DNA from: Verrucomicrobiota bacterium
Lineage (GTDB): Bacteria; Verrucomicrobiota; Verrucomicrobiia; Verrucomicrobiales; Akkermansiaceae
Assembly (NCBI GenBank): GCA_037133375.1
Contig: JBAXOF010000001.1
Location: forward strand, 4,724-68,723
Direction of reading: 5' to 3'
DNA: 64,000 bases
This document shows, piece by piece, positions 48,105 to 57,268 of this stretch (its first letter is position 1; each line of letters starts with the position of its first letter). The notes under the pieces are model-generated. The model had not been told where the DNA came from. It did no database searches and saw nothing but the letters and a program-made list of their open reading frames with translations. Made by a program: the position numbers and the translations under genes.

Positions 48105-49433
48105 ATGACTCCTTACACCATTATTTTTCTGGTAATCAATGCCGCGATATTACTTGTGTTGCCGCGTCAGTTGGCACCTTTGCCGCTGCTAGTGGGTTGC
48201 TGTTATATGACGATCAGTCAATGCTTCAATCTAGGACCGGTCCATTGCACCGTAATCCGCGTTCTGATTGCGGTCGCTATTATCAGGATTCTGATGCGCG
48301 GCGAGAGAATGATCGGCGCCCTGAACGGCATGGACAAGCTGATGATCGCGTGGATAGCTTGGTTCGTTCTCAGCAGCCCACTCTTTCCCGGGGAGGAGTC
48401 GTCCTTGATTTTTAATCTTGGCCAAGCCTATAATATTGGAGGTATCTATTTTCTCCTCCGCGTGTTCTGTGGAACACTTGAAGAAATACAGGGTATCGTA
48501 CGGCTTATGGCCTGGCTACTGGTGCCCATTGCTATTGAGATGGTGATGGAACGCCTGACCCAAGCAAATCTCTTCTCCGTATTTGGAGGATTTGTAGCCG
48601 AGCGTGACGGCAAGTTCCGAGCACAGGGACCCTTTGCACATGCGATTCTGGCCGGCAGCGTGGGTGCCGCATGCTTCCCGTTGATGGCAGGCATCTGGAA
48701 CAGGCACCGCACTGCGGCACTGATCGGAATGACAGCCAGCATTGTGATGGTGGGTGCGAGTAATTCCAGCGGACCCATCATGAGCTTGCTATTTGGTGCC
48801 GCCGCACTTGGAATGTGGCGCTACCGCGATCTGACTCGGTATGCTGGCAGGCTCTTTGTAGTAGCGTATTTGCTGTTAGACCTGGTCATGAAGCAGCCTG
48901 CCTATTACATCCTCAGTAGAATCGATCTCACTGGCAGCAGCACTGGATGGCACCGCGCGCGCCTGATCGAGTCCAGCATCGAACATTTGAGCGAGTGGTG
49001 GCTAGCGGGAACCAACTACACGCGTCACTGGATGGCTAGTGGTGTATCATATACTCCGAATCACGCGGACATCACCAATTACTATATACTCATGGGAGTC
49101 TGGGCGGGGTTGCCGCTAATGCTGCTATTCATGGTAATGATCTGGAAAGGATTCCGCTATGTGGGGCAGATTGTGCAACAAGACCCGCCGCTGACAGGGC
49201 TACAGCCCTTTCCGGTGTGGTGCCTCGGAGCGTCACTCTTCGCACACATGGCCACCTGTATCTCGGTCGCTTATTTTGACCAATCCTATATCTTTATGTT
49301 CTTGTGTCTGGCTGCCGCAAGTTCCCTCAATTCGGTTGCACTGCGGGGTTTGGAGTCCGCAGAGGAATCATTATATGAAACCGCGGGCCCGCAAGTGCAG
49401 GAGTCGCCGCTGCCAGCCTTCTCTCGTCTTTAA
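48105..49433 (+). CDS. O-antigen ligase / Wzy polymerase family membrane protein
   Basis: About 11-12 TM; RAQGPFAHAILAG, SNSSGP, periplasmic loop GSSTGWHR...WWLAG, HADITNYY. Confidence 0.82.
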   Translation: MTPYTIIFLVINAAILLVLPRQLAPLPLLVGCCYMTISQCFNLGPVHCTVIRVLIAVAIIRILMRGERMIGALNGMDKLMIAWIAWFVLSSPLFPGEESSLIFNLGQAYNIGGIYFLLRVFCGTLEEIQGIVRLMAWLLVPIAIEMVMERLTQANLFSVFGGFVAERDGKFRAQGPFAHAILAGSVGAACFPLMAGIWNRHRTAALIGMTASIVMVGASNSSGPIMSLLFGAAALGMWRYRDLTRYAGRLFVVAYLLLDLVMKQPAYYILSRIDLTGSSTGWHRARLIESSIEHLSEWWLAGTNYTRHWMASGVSYTPNHADITNYYILMGVWAGLPLMLLFMVMIWKGFRYVGQIVQQDPPLTGLQPFPVWCLGASLFAHMATCISVAYFDQSYIFMFLCLAAASSLNSVALRGLESAEESLYETAGPQVQESPLPAFSRL

Positions 49434-49446
49434 TTGCCAGTCTTGC

Positions 49447-50946
49447 ATGTCCATGCAATCCACATCACAGGTGTTGATGCCGGCCGCAGTCGCCAGTGTG
49501 TCTTTGGATCCCAAGGGGGCGATGAAAACGGGTGGCAGTGGTGAATCATCTAACGCTAATTGGCAGGTGAGTCCATCCGCAAAGGTCGACATGGTGCCGG
49601 CGGTTCCGCGTGGGAGGTGGATTGCACTGCTGGGAATTCCGGTGAGCTCCCGCAATCAGGGCGTTCAAGCGCTTGGAGCGACGCTGGTGGACCTTTGCAT
49701 GAAAGCATCGGCTGGCGTCAGAATCCGTGTGCTGGTTGGCAACTCGCAACCGCAGGTGATTGGCTACCGGGTAGGCGGATCGGATCACATGGTGCCGGTG
49801 GTGAATTTTCGTCTATCGCCCAGAGCGTTGCTACATGAGCACCTGGCATGGATTGTTCTGATGGCGTTGTGCTACAAGGCTTTGCCGTTTGCCATGCCGC
49901 GCAGGCTGATTGCACGCAGCACGCCGTGGATCGAAGCGTTGGAACGGTCTGCCTTCGCCGGCGACATCCGGGGTGGCGACAGTTTCAGTGACATCTATGG
50001 AATGAGGCGCTTTGTGATCGGATTTCTCGCGGCGTGGTCCGTGCTATTGGTGAAGGGCTCGATCGTGCAATTTCCACAAACCTACGGCCCCTTCAAGAGC
50101 CGCGTGGCACGCGCGATGGCACGCTTTCTATTGCGCCGTTCTTCTGTGATTATGGCCCGTGATAAGTCAAGCCTCCGGGTGGCGCAGGAACTCGTCGGAG
50201 CCGCGCGGGAGATTTTGCTCAGTCCCGATGTGGCATTTGCCTTGGAAGCAACCTGCCCGGAGCATTTGATAGTGGATCCTAGCCTAACAGGAGGCATGCC
50301 GGCGGGCATCGTGGGTGTCAATGTCAACGGTTTGATGTATCATGGGGGTTACAGTCGCAACAACATGTTCGGGTTGAAGATGGATTATCCCGGATTTCTG
50401 CGGAGCTTGTTGCTTGCGCTGCTGGCGGAGCAGGCGCAGGAAGTCTGGCTGGTGCCTCATGTCTATGCGCCTGCTGGCGACGTGGAAAGCGATCCCGATG
50501 CCTCCCATCACCTTCGAGACTCTCTGCCGTTGGAATTGCAGAAGCGGGTGCGGATTGTTGCGGGAGAATATGACACGCATCAGATCAAGGGCGTGATCGG
50601 GATGAGCGACTTCTTCATCGGATCACGAATGCATTCCTGCATCGCGGCTCTGTCCCAAGGGGTTCCGTGTGTGGGCGTGGCCTACAGCATGAAGTTCCGG
50701 GGGGTCTTCGAGTCGGTCGGACTGGAGAGTTGGGTAGTCGATGGCAGGGAAGTCAATGCTGACGAAGCGGTTGTGCAGGTCATGGACCTGTATCGGCACC
50801 GTGAGGACGAGAGGTCGGCGTTGCGAAAGAGCGCTGCCTGTGCCAGACAGCGGTTGGTGGAAGTGTTTAAGGACATGATGGAAAAGCTCGGCTTCCAAAC
50901 AGGGGAATGGACTACGGGCGGGCAACCGCGCCAGGACAACGCGTAA
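49447..50946 (+). CDS. Polysaccharide pyruvyl transferase family protein (WcaK-like)
   Basis: NQGVQAL, GGDSFSDIYG, PQTYGPF, ARD, SPDVAF, GSRMHSCIAALSQGVP, YSMKF. Confidence 0.85.
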   Translation: MSMQSTSQVLMPAAVASVSLDPKGAMKTGGSGESSNANWQVSPSAKVDMVPAVPRGRWIALLGIPVSSRNQGVQALGATLVDLCMKASAGVRIRVLVGNSQPQVIGYRVGGSDHMVPVVNFRLSPRALLHEHLAWIVLMALCYKALPFAMPRRLIARSTPWIEALERSAFAGDIRGGDSFSDIYGMRRFVIGFLAAWSVLLVKGSIVQFPQTYGPFKSRVARAMARFLLRRSSVIMARDKSSLRVAQELVGAAREILLSPDVAFALEATCPEHLIVDPSLTGGMPAGIVGVNVNGLMYHGGYSRNNMFGLKMDYPGFLRSLLLALLAEQAQEVWLVPHVYAPAGDVESDPDASHHLRDSLPLELQKRVRIVAGEYDTHQIKGVIGMSDFFIGSRMHSCIAALSQGVPCVGVAYSMKFRGVFESVGLESWVVDGREVNADEAVVQVMDLYRHREDERSALRKSAACARQRLVEVFKDMMEKLGFQTGEWTTGGQPRQDNA

Positions 50947-50970
50947 TGCAAATCGGTTTGCGAACATTGT

Positions 50971-52242
50971 ATGATGCGGGTGACAAAGTTGGAAGATGTA
51001 GTCAAGTGGCGCCTCTGCCTCGGCTGCGGTGCGTGTGCCTATATTTCCGATGGGGCGATTGGAATGGTGGATGACGCCCGGCAGGGATATCGGCCTGTAT
51101 TGAACGGGCAACGGGATGAGACGATGTTGGAGGAGTGCCTGAAGGTTTGTCCGGCAACCGGAGCCGATTCACCTGGCAGCGGCCGGGAAGGAGTCATGCT
51201 TGAGGGCATAGCCGCAGGATTGGGTCCGGTCTTGGAAGTATGGGAAGGCCATGCGCTCGATCCGGAGACGCGTCACCTCGGGTCCTCTGGAGGTGCTCTA
51301 ACTGCATTGGCACGCTATGCCATTGAACGGGGAGGCATGCACGGCGTGCTCCATGTGGCCGCTGACCCGGACAATCCCGTGCGTAACCGGACCGTGATGA
51401 GTCATACGAGGGAGGAGTTGCTGGCAAACACGGGTTCGCGTTACTCCCCCGCATCGGTATGTGACGGACTGAAGCAGATCGAGGTGGCGACGGCACCGTG
51501 TGTGTTCATCGGGCAGCCCTCCGAGGTGGCGGCCCTTCGCAAGGCGCAGGGAATCCGGCCCGCGTTGGATCGAAATATCGGTGTGGCGCTGTCATTTTTC
51601 TGTGCCGGGTCGCCATCTAGTCAAGGAACCCTCGATCTGTTGAAATCCAAGGGCGTTGAAGCATCTCGTGTCGCGCGAGTCCGTTATCGGGGACGCGGTT
51701 GGCCCGGTATGTTCGCGGTTTGGCTCAAAGGAGAATCAGAACCCGTGCTGGAAATGACCTACGCGGAGTCATGGGGATTTGTTCAGACCTACCGGCCATG
51801 GGGGGTTCAGTTATGGCCGGATGGTTTGGGCGAGCAGGCGGACATTGCCTGTGGCGACCCTTGGCATCGGGAGAACGAGTCCGATAATCCAGGTTCGTCA
51901 TTGGTGGTGGTTCGCACCGAAGCCGGTAGACGATTGGTTAGGGATGCGATGGCAGCCGGGTATCTCGAATTGACGCGGACCACAGTGGAAAAGGTTGTCG
52001 CATCCCAGCGGAATCTGTTGCTCAAGAGGGGTGCGGTCTGGGGACGGCTCATGTCCATGCGTGTCCTTGGATTGCCCACGCCGACCCATGCCGGATCCGG
52101 CTTGTTCGGGAGCTGGCTGCAATTGTCCCTCCGTGAAAAGGTCCGGTCCACGCTGGGAACCGTGAGACGCATTCTAGCACATAGATATCACAAGCCGAAC
52201 TCCTCGGCCTTGCCTCTGGTCCGGGGTGATCAACACGGATAA
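50971..52242 (+). CDS. Coenzyme F420 hydrogenase beta-subunit (FrhB/FdhB) family Fe-S protein
   Basis: Ferredoxin motifs CLGCGAC...CLKVCP; GSSGGALTAL; GSRY; FIGQPSEV; FCAG; YRGRGWPG; ADIACGDPW. Confidence 0.88.
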   Translation: MMRVTKLEDVVKWRLCLGCGACAYISDGAIGMVDDARQGYRPVLNGQRDETMLEECLKVCPATGADSPGSGREGVMLEGIAAGLGPVLEVWEGHALDPETRHLGSSGGALTALARYAIERGGMHGVLHVAADPDNPVRNRTVMSHTREELLANTGSRYSPASVCDGLKQIEVATAPCVFIGQPSEVAALRKAQGIRPALDRNIGVALSFFCAGSPSSQGTLDLLKSKGVEASRVARVRYRGRGWPGMFAVWLKGESEPVLEMTYAESWGFVQTYRPWGVQLWPDGLGEQADIACGDPWHRENESDNPGSSLVVVRTEAGRRLVRDAMAAGYLELTRTTVEKVVASQRNLLLKRGAVWGRLMSMRVLGLPTPTHAGSGLFGSWLQLSLREKVRSTLGTVRRILAHRYHKPNSSALPLVRGDQHG

Positions 52243-52248
52243 TGCATC

Positions 52249-53811
52249 ATGAAACATTTCCTTCCAATTCAGAATCGTAAGGCGTCTGTTGCACTCATGG
52301 AACCTGGGAATACCATCCCCCAGGCACGTCCAAAGGAACCGGTTGAAGCCAGCGGATGCCACGCTGCTAGGCGGTTAAAGGAGCTCCAGCATGGCCACAA
52401 CAAGGTACTGGTGGCGATTGCCAATCATGGGACGAAGAACCAACGATTTCTGGACCGGTTGCTTGCGGAATATCGGTCGATGAAGCGGTATGAGGTGCAC
52501 ATCGTCGTGCTTTCTGACATTCCGAAGGATCTGGGTCCGGACGTGCAGGTCAGGGTCGGGCTTCCGATTGAGGACCCGTGGTCATTGCCATTCGGCCACA
52601 AGGAATTGTTTGCCTCGCACATGGATGAGTATGACCTTTTCATCTATACCGAAGACGATACGCTTGTCACGGAAACCAACATCGAGGCATTCGTGGAGGA
52701 AACCCGGATTCTGCCGGAGCAGTTCATCGCCGGATTCATGCGCTACGAGATAGCGCCCGACGGACGGAAGTATTATTCAAGCATGCATTCCCACTATCAC
52801 TGGGATCCGCGTTCGGTTTTGCGGCTTGGCAAATCGCTGTTCGCATACCACACCAACGAGCATGCCGCCTGCTTTATCCTGACGCGCGAACAGTTGCGCA
52901 AGGGGATTGATTCGGGCGGGTTTCTGTTGCCGCCAAGGAAAGAGCGTTATGACATGCTGGTTACCGCGGCCACCGATCCCTACACGCGCTGCGGAATGAC
53001 AAAGTTGGTTTGCATCTCGCGTTTTGACGATTTCTGCCTGCATCACCTGCCCAATGTCTATTGTGGCAAACTCGGACTGGAAGCCGACATCGGGAAGCGG
53101 GAAATCGAGCGCTTGGCTTCAATTGCGGAGCACGCGGATGTCGGGGTGACGCGACCCCTCTTCGATCCGTTCCCGTTGAGAGATGAGGACCGTTGGAACA
53201 AGAAATACTACGAAGGCCGGCGTGATGATGTCCTGCAATGTGTACCCCGGGATGCACGCAGGGTTCTATCGGTGGGATGTGGTTGTGGAACCACGGAGGC
53301 GGAGTTGGCCAGACGCGGGATGGAAGTGGTTGGGATTCCGTTGGATTCGATCATCTGCACCACGGCCGAGAACAGCGGAATCACCGTTCTTCCGCCGGAC
53401 TTTGATCTGGCGGAGAAGCGACTCGCCGGGCAACGGTTTGATTGTATCCTGATCCTGGATATTCTCCAGCAATTGCCAGGCCCGGCTACTATCATCAAGC
53501 GGTTCTTCAGATTCCTTCGCACCGACGGGACAATGCTCATCAGCGTTCCGAATTGGAACTATCATGGGACCATCAGGCTACGTCTGACGCCGCGCGGACG
53601 GAAAACCCTGGAGCACCGGGCAACGGCCCGCAATACGGGCGTTCATCGCACCACCAAAGGCTGCATGGCCCGGTGGTTGCGTCAGAGCGGCTGTCGCCAA
53701 ATCAGGTATTGCTGGGTTACCGGGGCACGACTGCAGAAAATCAGCAAATGGACCTGCGGACTGGCGGACGAATTTCTGTGCCGCAACCTGCTGGTTGTGG
53801 CGCGGCCATAG
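52249..53811 (+). CDS. Fusion of a GT-A-like glycosyltransferase domain and a class I SAM methyltransferase
   Basis: N-half: YDLFIYTEDDTL (DxD-like), NEHAACFILTR. C-half: RVLSVGCGCG, FDCILILDILQQL, LISVPNW. Confidence 0.75.
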   Translation: MKHFLPIQNRKASVALMEPGNTIPQARPKEPVEASGCHAARRLKELQHGHNKVLVAIANHGTKNQRFLDRLLAEYRSMKRYEVHIVVLSDIPKDLGPDVQVRVGLPIEDPWSLPFGHKELFASHMDEYDLFIYTEDDTLVTETNIEAFVEETRILPEQFIAGFMRYEIAPDGRKYYSSMHSHYHWDPRSVLRLGKSLFAYHTNEHAACFILTREQLRKGIDSGGFLLPPRKERYDMLVTAATDPYTRCGMTKLVCISRFDDFCLHHLPNVYCGKLGLEADIGKREIERLASIAEHADVGVTRPLFDPFPLRDEDRWNKKYYEGRRDDVLQCVPRDARRVLSVGCGCGTTEAELARRGMEVVGIPLDSIICTTAENSGITVLPPDFDLAEKRLAGQRFDCILILDILQQLPGPATIIKRFFRFLRTDGTMLISVPNWNYHGTIRLRLTPRGRKTLEHRATARNTGVHRTTKGCMARWLRQSGCRQIRYCWVTGARLQKISKWTCGLADEFLCRNLLVVARP

Positions 53812-53885
53812 GGCACATTCTCAGGCTGCCAATTTTCGGCAGGCGATGAGCCACGCGGGAACTTGGGCAGATAGATACATCACTT

Positions 53886-54701
53886 ATGAATGAAATAGTC
53901 ATTGAGGCTGGGAGTGTCGAACGCCAGTATTGGCGTGACTTGTGGCGTTACAGGGAATTGTTCTATTTCCTGGCGTGGCGCGACATTCTGGTGCGCTACA
54001 AGCAGACGGTCATCGGTATCACATGGGCGGTGATTCGTCCGCTGCTCACGATGCTGGTTTTGACCTTCATCTTCAGCAAACTGGCAAAGATGGATGCCGG
54101 AGGCGTGCCCTATCCGGTGCTGGTGTTTTGTGGCATGCTGCCCTGGCAGTTTTTCTCCACGGCATTTGCTGAGAGCGGCAACAGTCTGGTGAACAACGCG
54201 GGGATGATCTCCAAGGTGTATTTCCCGCGCATGGTGGTGCCGGTGAGCAGCGTGATTACCAGTTTTGTGGATTTTCTCATTTCGGCGGTCCTGATGGTGT
54301 TGATCATGATCTATTACGGCTATTCGCCCGGGCCGTCGGTCACACTGCTTCCAATCTTTGTGATCCTGGCCTTTGCCACGGCGTTCGGAGCCGGGTTGTG
54401 GGTGTCCGCGCTCATGGTTCGCTATCGCGACTTCCGCTTCATCGTGCCTTTCATCGTACAGTTCGGTCTGTATATCTCACCGGTCGGCTTCAGCAGCAAT
54501 GTGGTGCCACAACAATGGCGGATGCTTTATTCAATGAATCCGATGGTCGGCGTGATCGACGGCTTCCGTTGGGCAATTCTGGGCGAGCAGAGCCTGTATT
54601 GGCCCGGATTTTACTTTTCGGTCGCGGGCGTGTTGCTGCTCATCGTCACCGGCACCATCTATTTCCGCCACACCGAACGGACGTTCGCTGACATCATATG
54701 A
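53886..54701 (+). CDS. wzm: ABC-2 polysaccharide exporter permease
   Basis: LWRYRELFYFLAWRDILVRYKQT..G..W, ISKVYFPR, YRDF, PVGFS, NPMVGVIDGFR. Confidence 0.95.
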   Translation: MNEIVIEAGSVERQYWRDLWRYRELFYFLAWRDILVRYKQTVIGITWAVIRPLLTMLVLTFIFSKLAKMDAGGVPYPVLVFCGMLPWQFFSTAFAESGNSLVNNAGMISKVYFPRMVVPVSSVITSFVDFLISAVLMVLIMIYYGYSPGPSVTLLPIFVILAFATAFGAGLWVSALMVRYRDFRFIVPFIVQFGLYISPVGFSSNVVPQQWRMLYSMNPMVGVIDGFRWAILGEQSLYWPGFYFSVAGVLLLIVTGTIYFRHTERTFADII

Positions 54702-56047
54702 ACAATCCCATTATTTCTGTCGAAAATCTGTCGAAGCGCTACATGATCGGCCGGCGGATGGCGAAAGGTGACGGTCTGCGGCATTTGTTGGAAAGTGCAA
54801 TCCGCGCGCCATTCGACATGCTGCGGGCTGAATCGCGGGCGAAGCGGGCCACGACCGAGGAGTTCTGGGCGGTCCGCGACCTGAATTTGGAAATCCAACA
54901 GGGTGAGATGTTGGGGGTCATCGGCCGCAATGGAGCCGGCAAATCGACGTTGCTCAAGTTGTTGAGTCGCATCACCGAGCCCACGTCAGGCATCATTCGG
55001 CTGCGTGGCCGCGTGGCCAGCCTGCTGGAAGTGGGAACCGGCTTCCATCCCGAACTTACCGGACGTGAGAACATCTTTCTCAATGGCGCGATTCTCGGAA
55101 TGGGCAGGGTGGAGATCAAACACAAGTTCGACGAGATTGTCGCCTTCGCCGAGATCGACAAATTTCTCGACACCCCGGTGAAGCGCTACAGCAGCGGGAT
55201 GTATGTGCGGCTGGCGTTCGCCGTGGCGGCCCACCTTGAGCCTGAGATTTTGATCGTGGATGAGGTGCTCGCCGTGGGTGACGCGGAGTTCCAGAAGAAG
55301 TGCCTTGGCAAGATGGAGGATGTTTCCACCAAAGAAGGCCGCACCGTCATTCTCGTCAGTCACCAGATGACCGCCATTCAGAATCTTTGCACGCGCTGCA
55401 TCCTGATGGACCATGGGCAATTGATCCGCGAGGGTATGACCGACGAGGTCGTCAATGTCTATATGAGGAATGGAATCCAACTGGCCACGGGTGACCTGAC
55501 AAAGCGCACGGATCGAGCGGGCAAAGGAGATGTCAGGATCATATCCATCGATCTTCGCGATGAATGCGGCAATATCATCAAGGAAGCCATCTCAGGCAGC
55601 ACGGTGGTTTTGAGTCTGGCCTATTCGGTAAAGGACAACGTCGTCGTCAATGACTGTGTCCTTTGCGTGGCAATCGAAAAGGACCTGAAGGAGTATTTCT
55701 CCATGTCAACGGCTCTGGTCGATCGAATGAAGATCAGGCTCTCGGGCTGTGGCCGCATCGATTTCCTGATCCCGGATTGGCCATTGATGGGGGGCAGGTA
55801 TCATGTCAGCTCGTATATCGGCTCCAATCAGGGGATTATGCAGGATAATGTGGAGGACGCGGCGGTGATTGAGGTGATCGACGGGGATTTCTACGGCACG
55901 GGCAAGCTGCATCACGAAGGCTGGGAGGGAACGGCCGTGCTGGTTCGCCATTCATGGAGTCACCATCAAGGCGGACCATTGAACGGGTCGAGCAAAATAG
56001 CACTGGACGACTGCCCAACGATTCTAGCGCAGAAGCAATTCGCATGA
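54698..56047 (+). CDS. wzt: ABC polysaccharide exporter ATPase with C-terminal Wzt-C domain
   Basis: Walker A GRNGAGKST, GTGFHPELTGREN, signature YSSGM, Walker B ILIVDE, H-loop VSH, plus a C-terminal beta-sandwich extension. ATGA overlap with wzm. Confidence 0.95.
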   Translation: MNNPIISVENLSKRYMIGRRMAKGDGLRHLLESAIRAPFDMLRAESRAKRATTEEFWAVRDLNLEIQQGEMLGVIGRNGAGKSTLLKLLSRITEPTSGIIRLRGRVASLLEVGTGFHPELTGRENIFLNGAILGMGRVEIKHKFDEIVAFAEIDKFLDTPVKRYSSGMYVRLAFAVAAHLEPEILIVDEVLAVGDAEFQKKCLGKMEDVSTKEGRTVILVSHQMTAIQNLCTRCILMDHGQLIREGMTDEVVNVYMRNGIQLATGDLTKRTDRAGKGDVRIISIDLRDECGNIIKEAISGSTVVLSLAYSVKDNVVVNDCVLCVAIEKDLKEYFSMSTALVDRMKIRLSGCGRIDFLIPDWPLMGGRYHVSSYIGSNQGIMQDNVEDAAVIEVIDGDFYGTGKLHHEGWEGTAVLVRHSWSHHQGGPLNGSSKIALDDCPTILAQKQFA

Positions 56048-57267
56048 AGATTCTGATGATGCACAGGGGCGACGGCAACATGGGTGGCGGCCAGGTCCAG
56101 ATGAACCGCCTCTATTCTGGACTCAGAGCGCACGGCGTCGATGCGCGAATCATCTGCCGGGATAGAACCCAGTCGGAATCGGTGCAGATGCCAGCGCGTC
56201 CCTGGGTCGAGAAACCGTTGCGCAGGCTGACCCGCAGGATGGGGTTGAACGAGTTGCACTTGGTCAGTTCATTCGCGGCAAGGAAACTCCAAGAGTTCCT
56301 GGATGCCGATCTCATCGATTTCCACTGCCTCCACTGCGAAACGTTGAGTTATCTGGCCCTGCCCGGCCTCACTCGCGGCAAGCCCGCGGTTTTCACTTTT
56401 CATGACATGTGGCCGCTCACCGGCCACTGTCACGCCAGCCTCGAATGCGACCGCTGGAAAACCGGCTGCGGCCAATGCCCCCACCTGGATGTGGAACCGC
56501 GAGCACTTCGTGATGCCACGGCCCTCGAATGGCGACTCAAGCGGATGGCCTACAATCATTCCAAGTTCACCATTGTCACTCCCAGCAAGTGGCTTCATGA
56601 CAGAACCAAGGAAAGCATGTTGGGCGAATTTCCGGTGCATCACATTCCTCACGGTATTGAAACGGATATCTACCAACCTTTGGACAAAGACCACTGCCGT
56701 TCATTGCTAGGAATACCCGAAGGAAATAATGTTATTTTGTGTGCGATGGAAAGCATGAAGAGGCCACTGAAAGGGGCCGCGTTGCTGGTCGCGGCGCTCC
56801 AAGGTCTGCCCGATTCCGTGTGCATGGAGAGCGTTTTGCTCCTCTTCGGTCAATCCAATGGGGAGATTCTGAAGCAGATTCAGATGCCGGTGGTGAACCT
56901 CGGGTTTCTGCACAATCAGCGACTCAAGGCGATGGCGTTTTCCGCGGCAGATGTGTTCATCAATCCGACGCGAGCCGAAAATTTCCCGCTCGTCGTGTTG
57001 GAAAGCATGGCATGCGGGACGCCGGTGGTTTCCTTCGGTGTGGGCGGCGTGCCGGAAATGGTGCGCCCGGGAATGACCGGTTATTTGGCGCAACCGGATC
57101 AACCGGATGACCTGTGTGAAGGAGTTGTCAGGCTTTTGGGCGACAAGGCCGGGTTACAGGCCATGGGCCGCCAGTGTCGGGAGGTGGTTTTGTCCGAGTA
57201 TGCCTTGGAGCTTCAAGTCCAACGGTATATCGATTTGTATCAACAGGTGATTGATGGAAGGGCGTGA
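56044..57267 (+). CDS. GT4 family glycosyltransferase (WcaC-like)
   Basis: FTFHDMWPLTGHCH...CDRWKTGCGQCP; ENFPLVVLESMACGTP; VGGVPEM. Confidence 0.92.
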   Translation: MKILMMHRGDGNMGGGQVQMNRLYSGLRAHGVDARIICRDRTQSESVQMPARPWVEKPLRRLTRRMGLNELHLVSSFAARKLQEFLDADLIDFHCLHCETLSYLALPGLTRGKPAVFTFHDMWPLTGHCHASLECDRWKTGCGQCPHLDVEPRALRDATALEWRLKRMAYNHSKFTIVTPSKWLHDRTKESMLGEFPVHHIPHGIETDIYQPLDKDHCRSLLGIPEGNNVILCAMESMKRPLKGAALLVAALQGLPDSVCMESVLLLFGQSNGEILKQIQMPVVNLGFLHNQRLKAMAFSAADVFINPTRAENFPLVVLESMACGTPVVSFGVGGVPEMVRPGMTGYLAQPDQPDDLCEGVVRLLGDKAGLQAMGRQCREVVLSEYALELQVQRYIDLYQQVIDGRA

Positions 57268-57268
57268 T

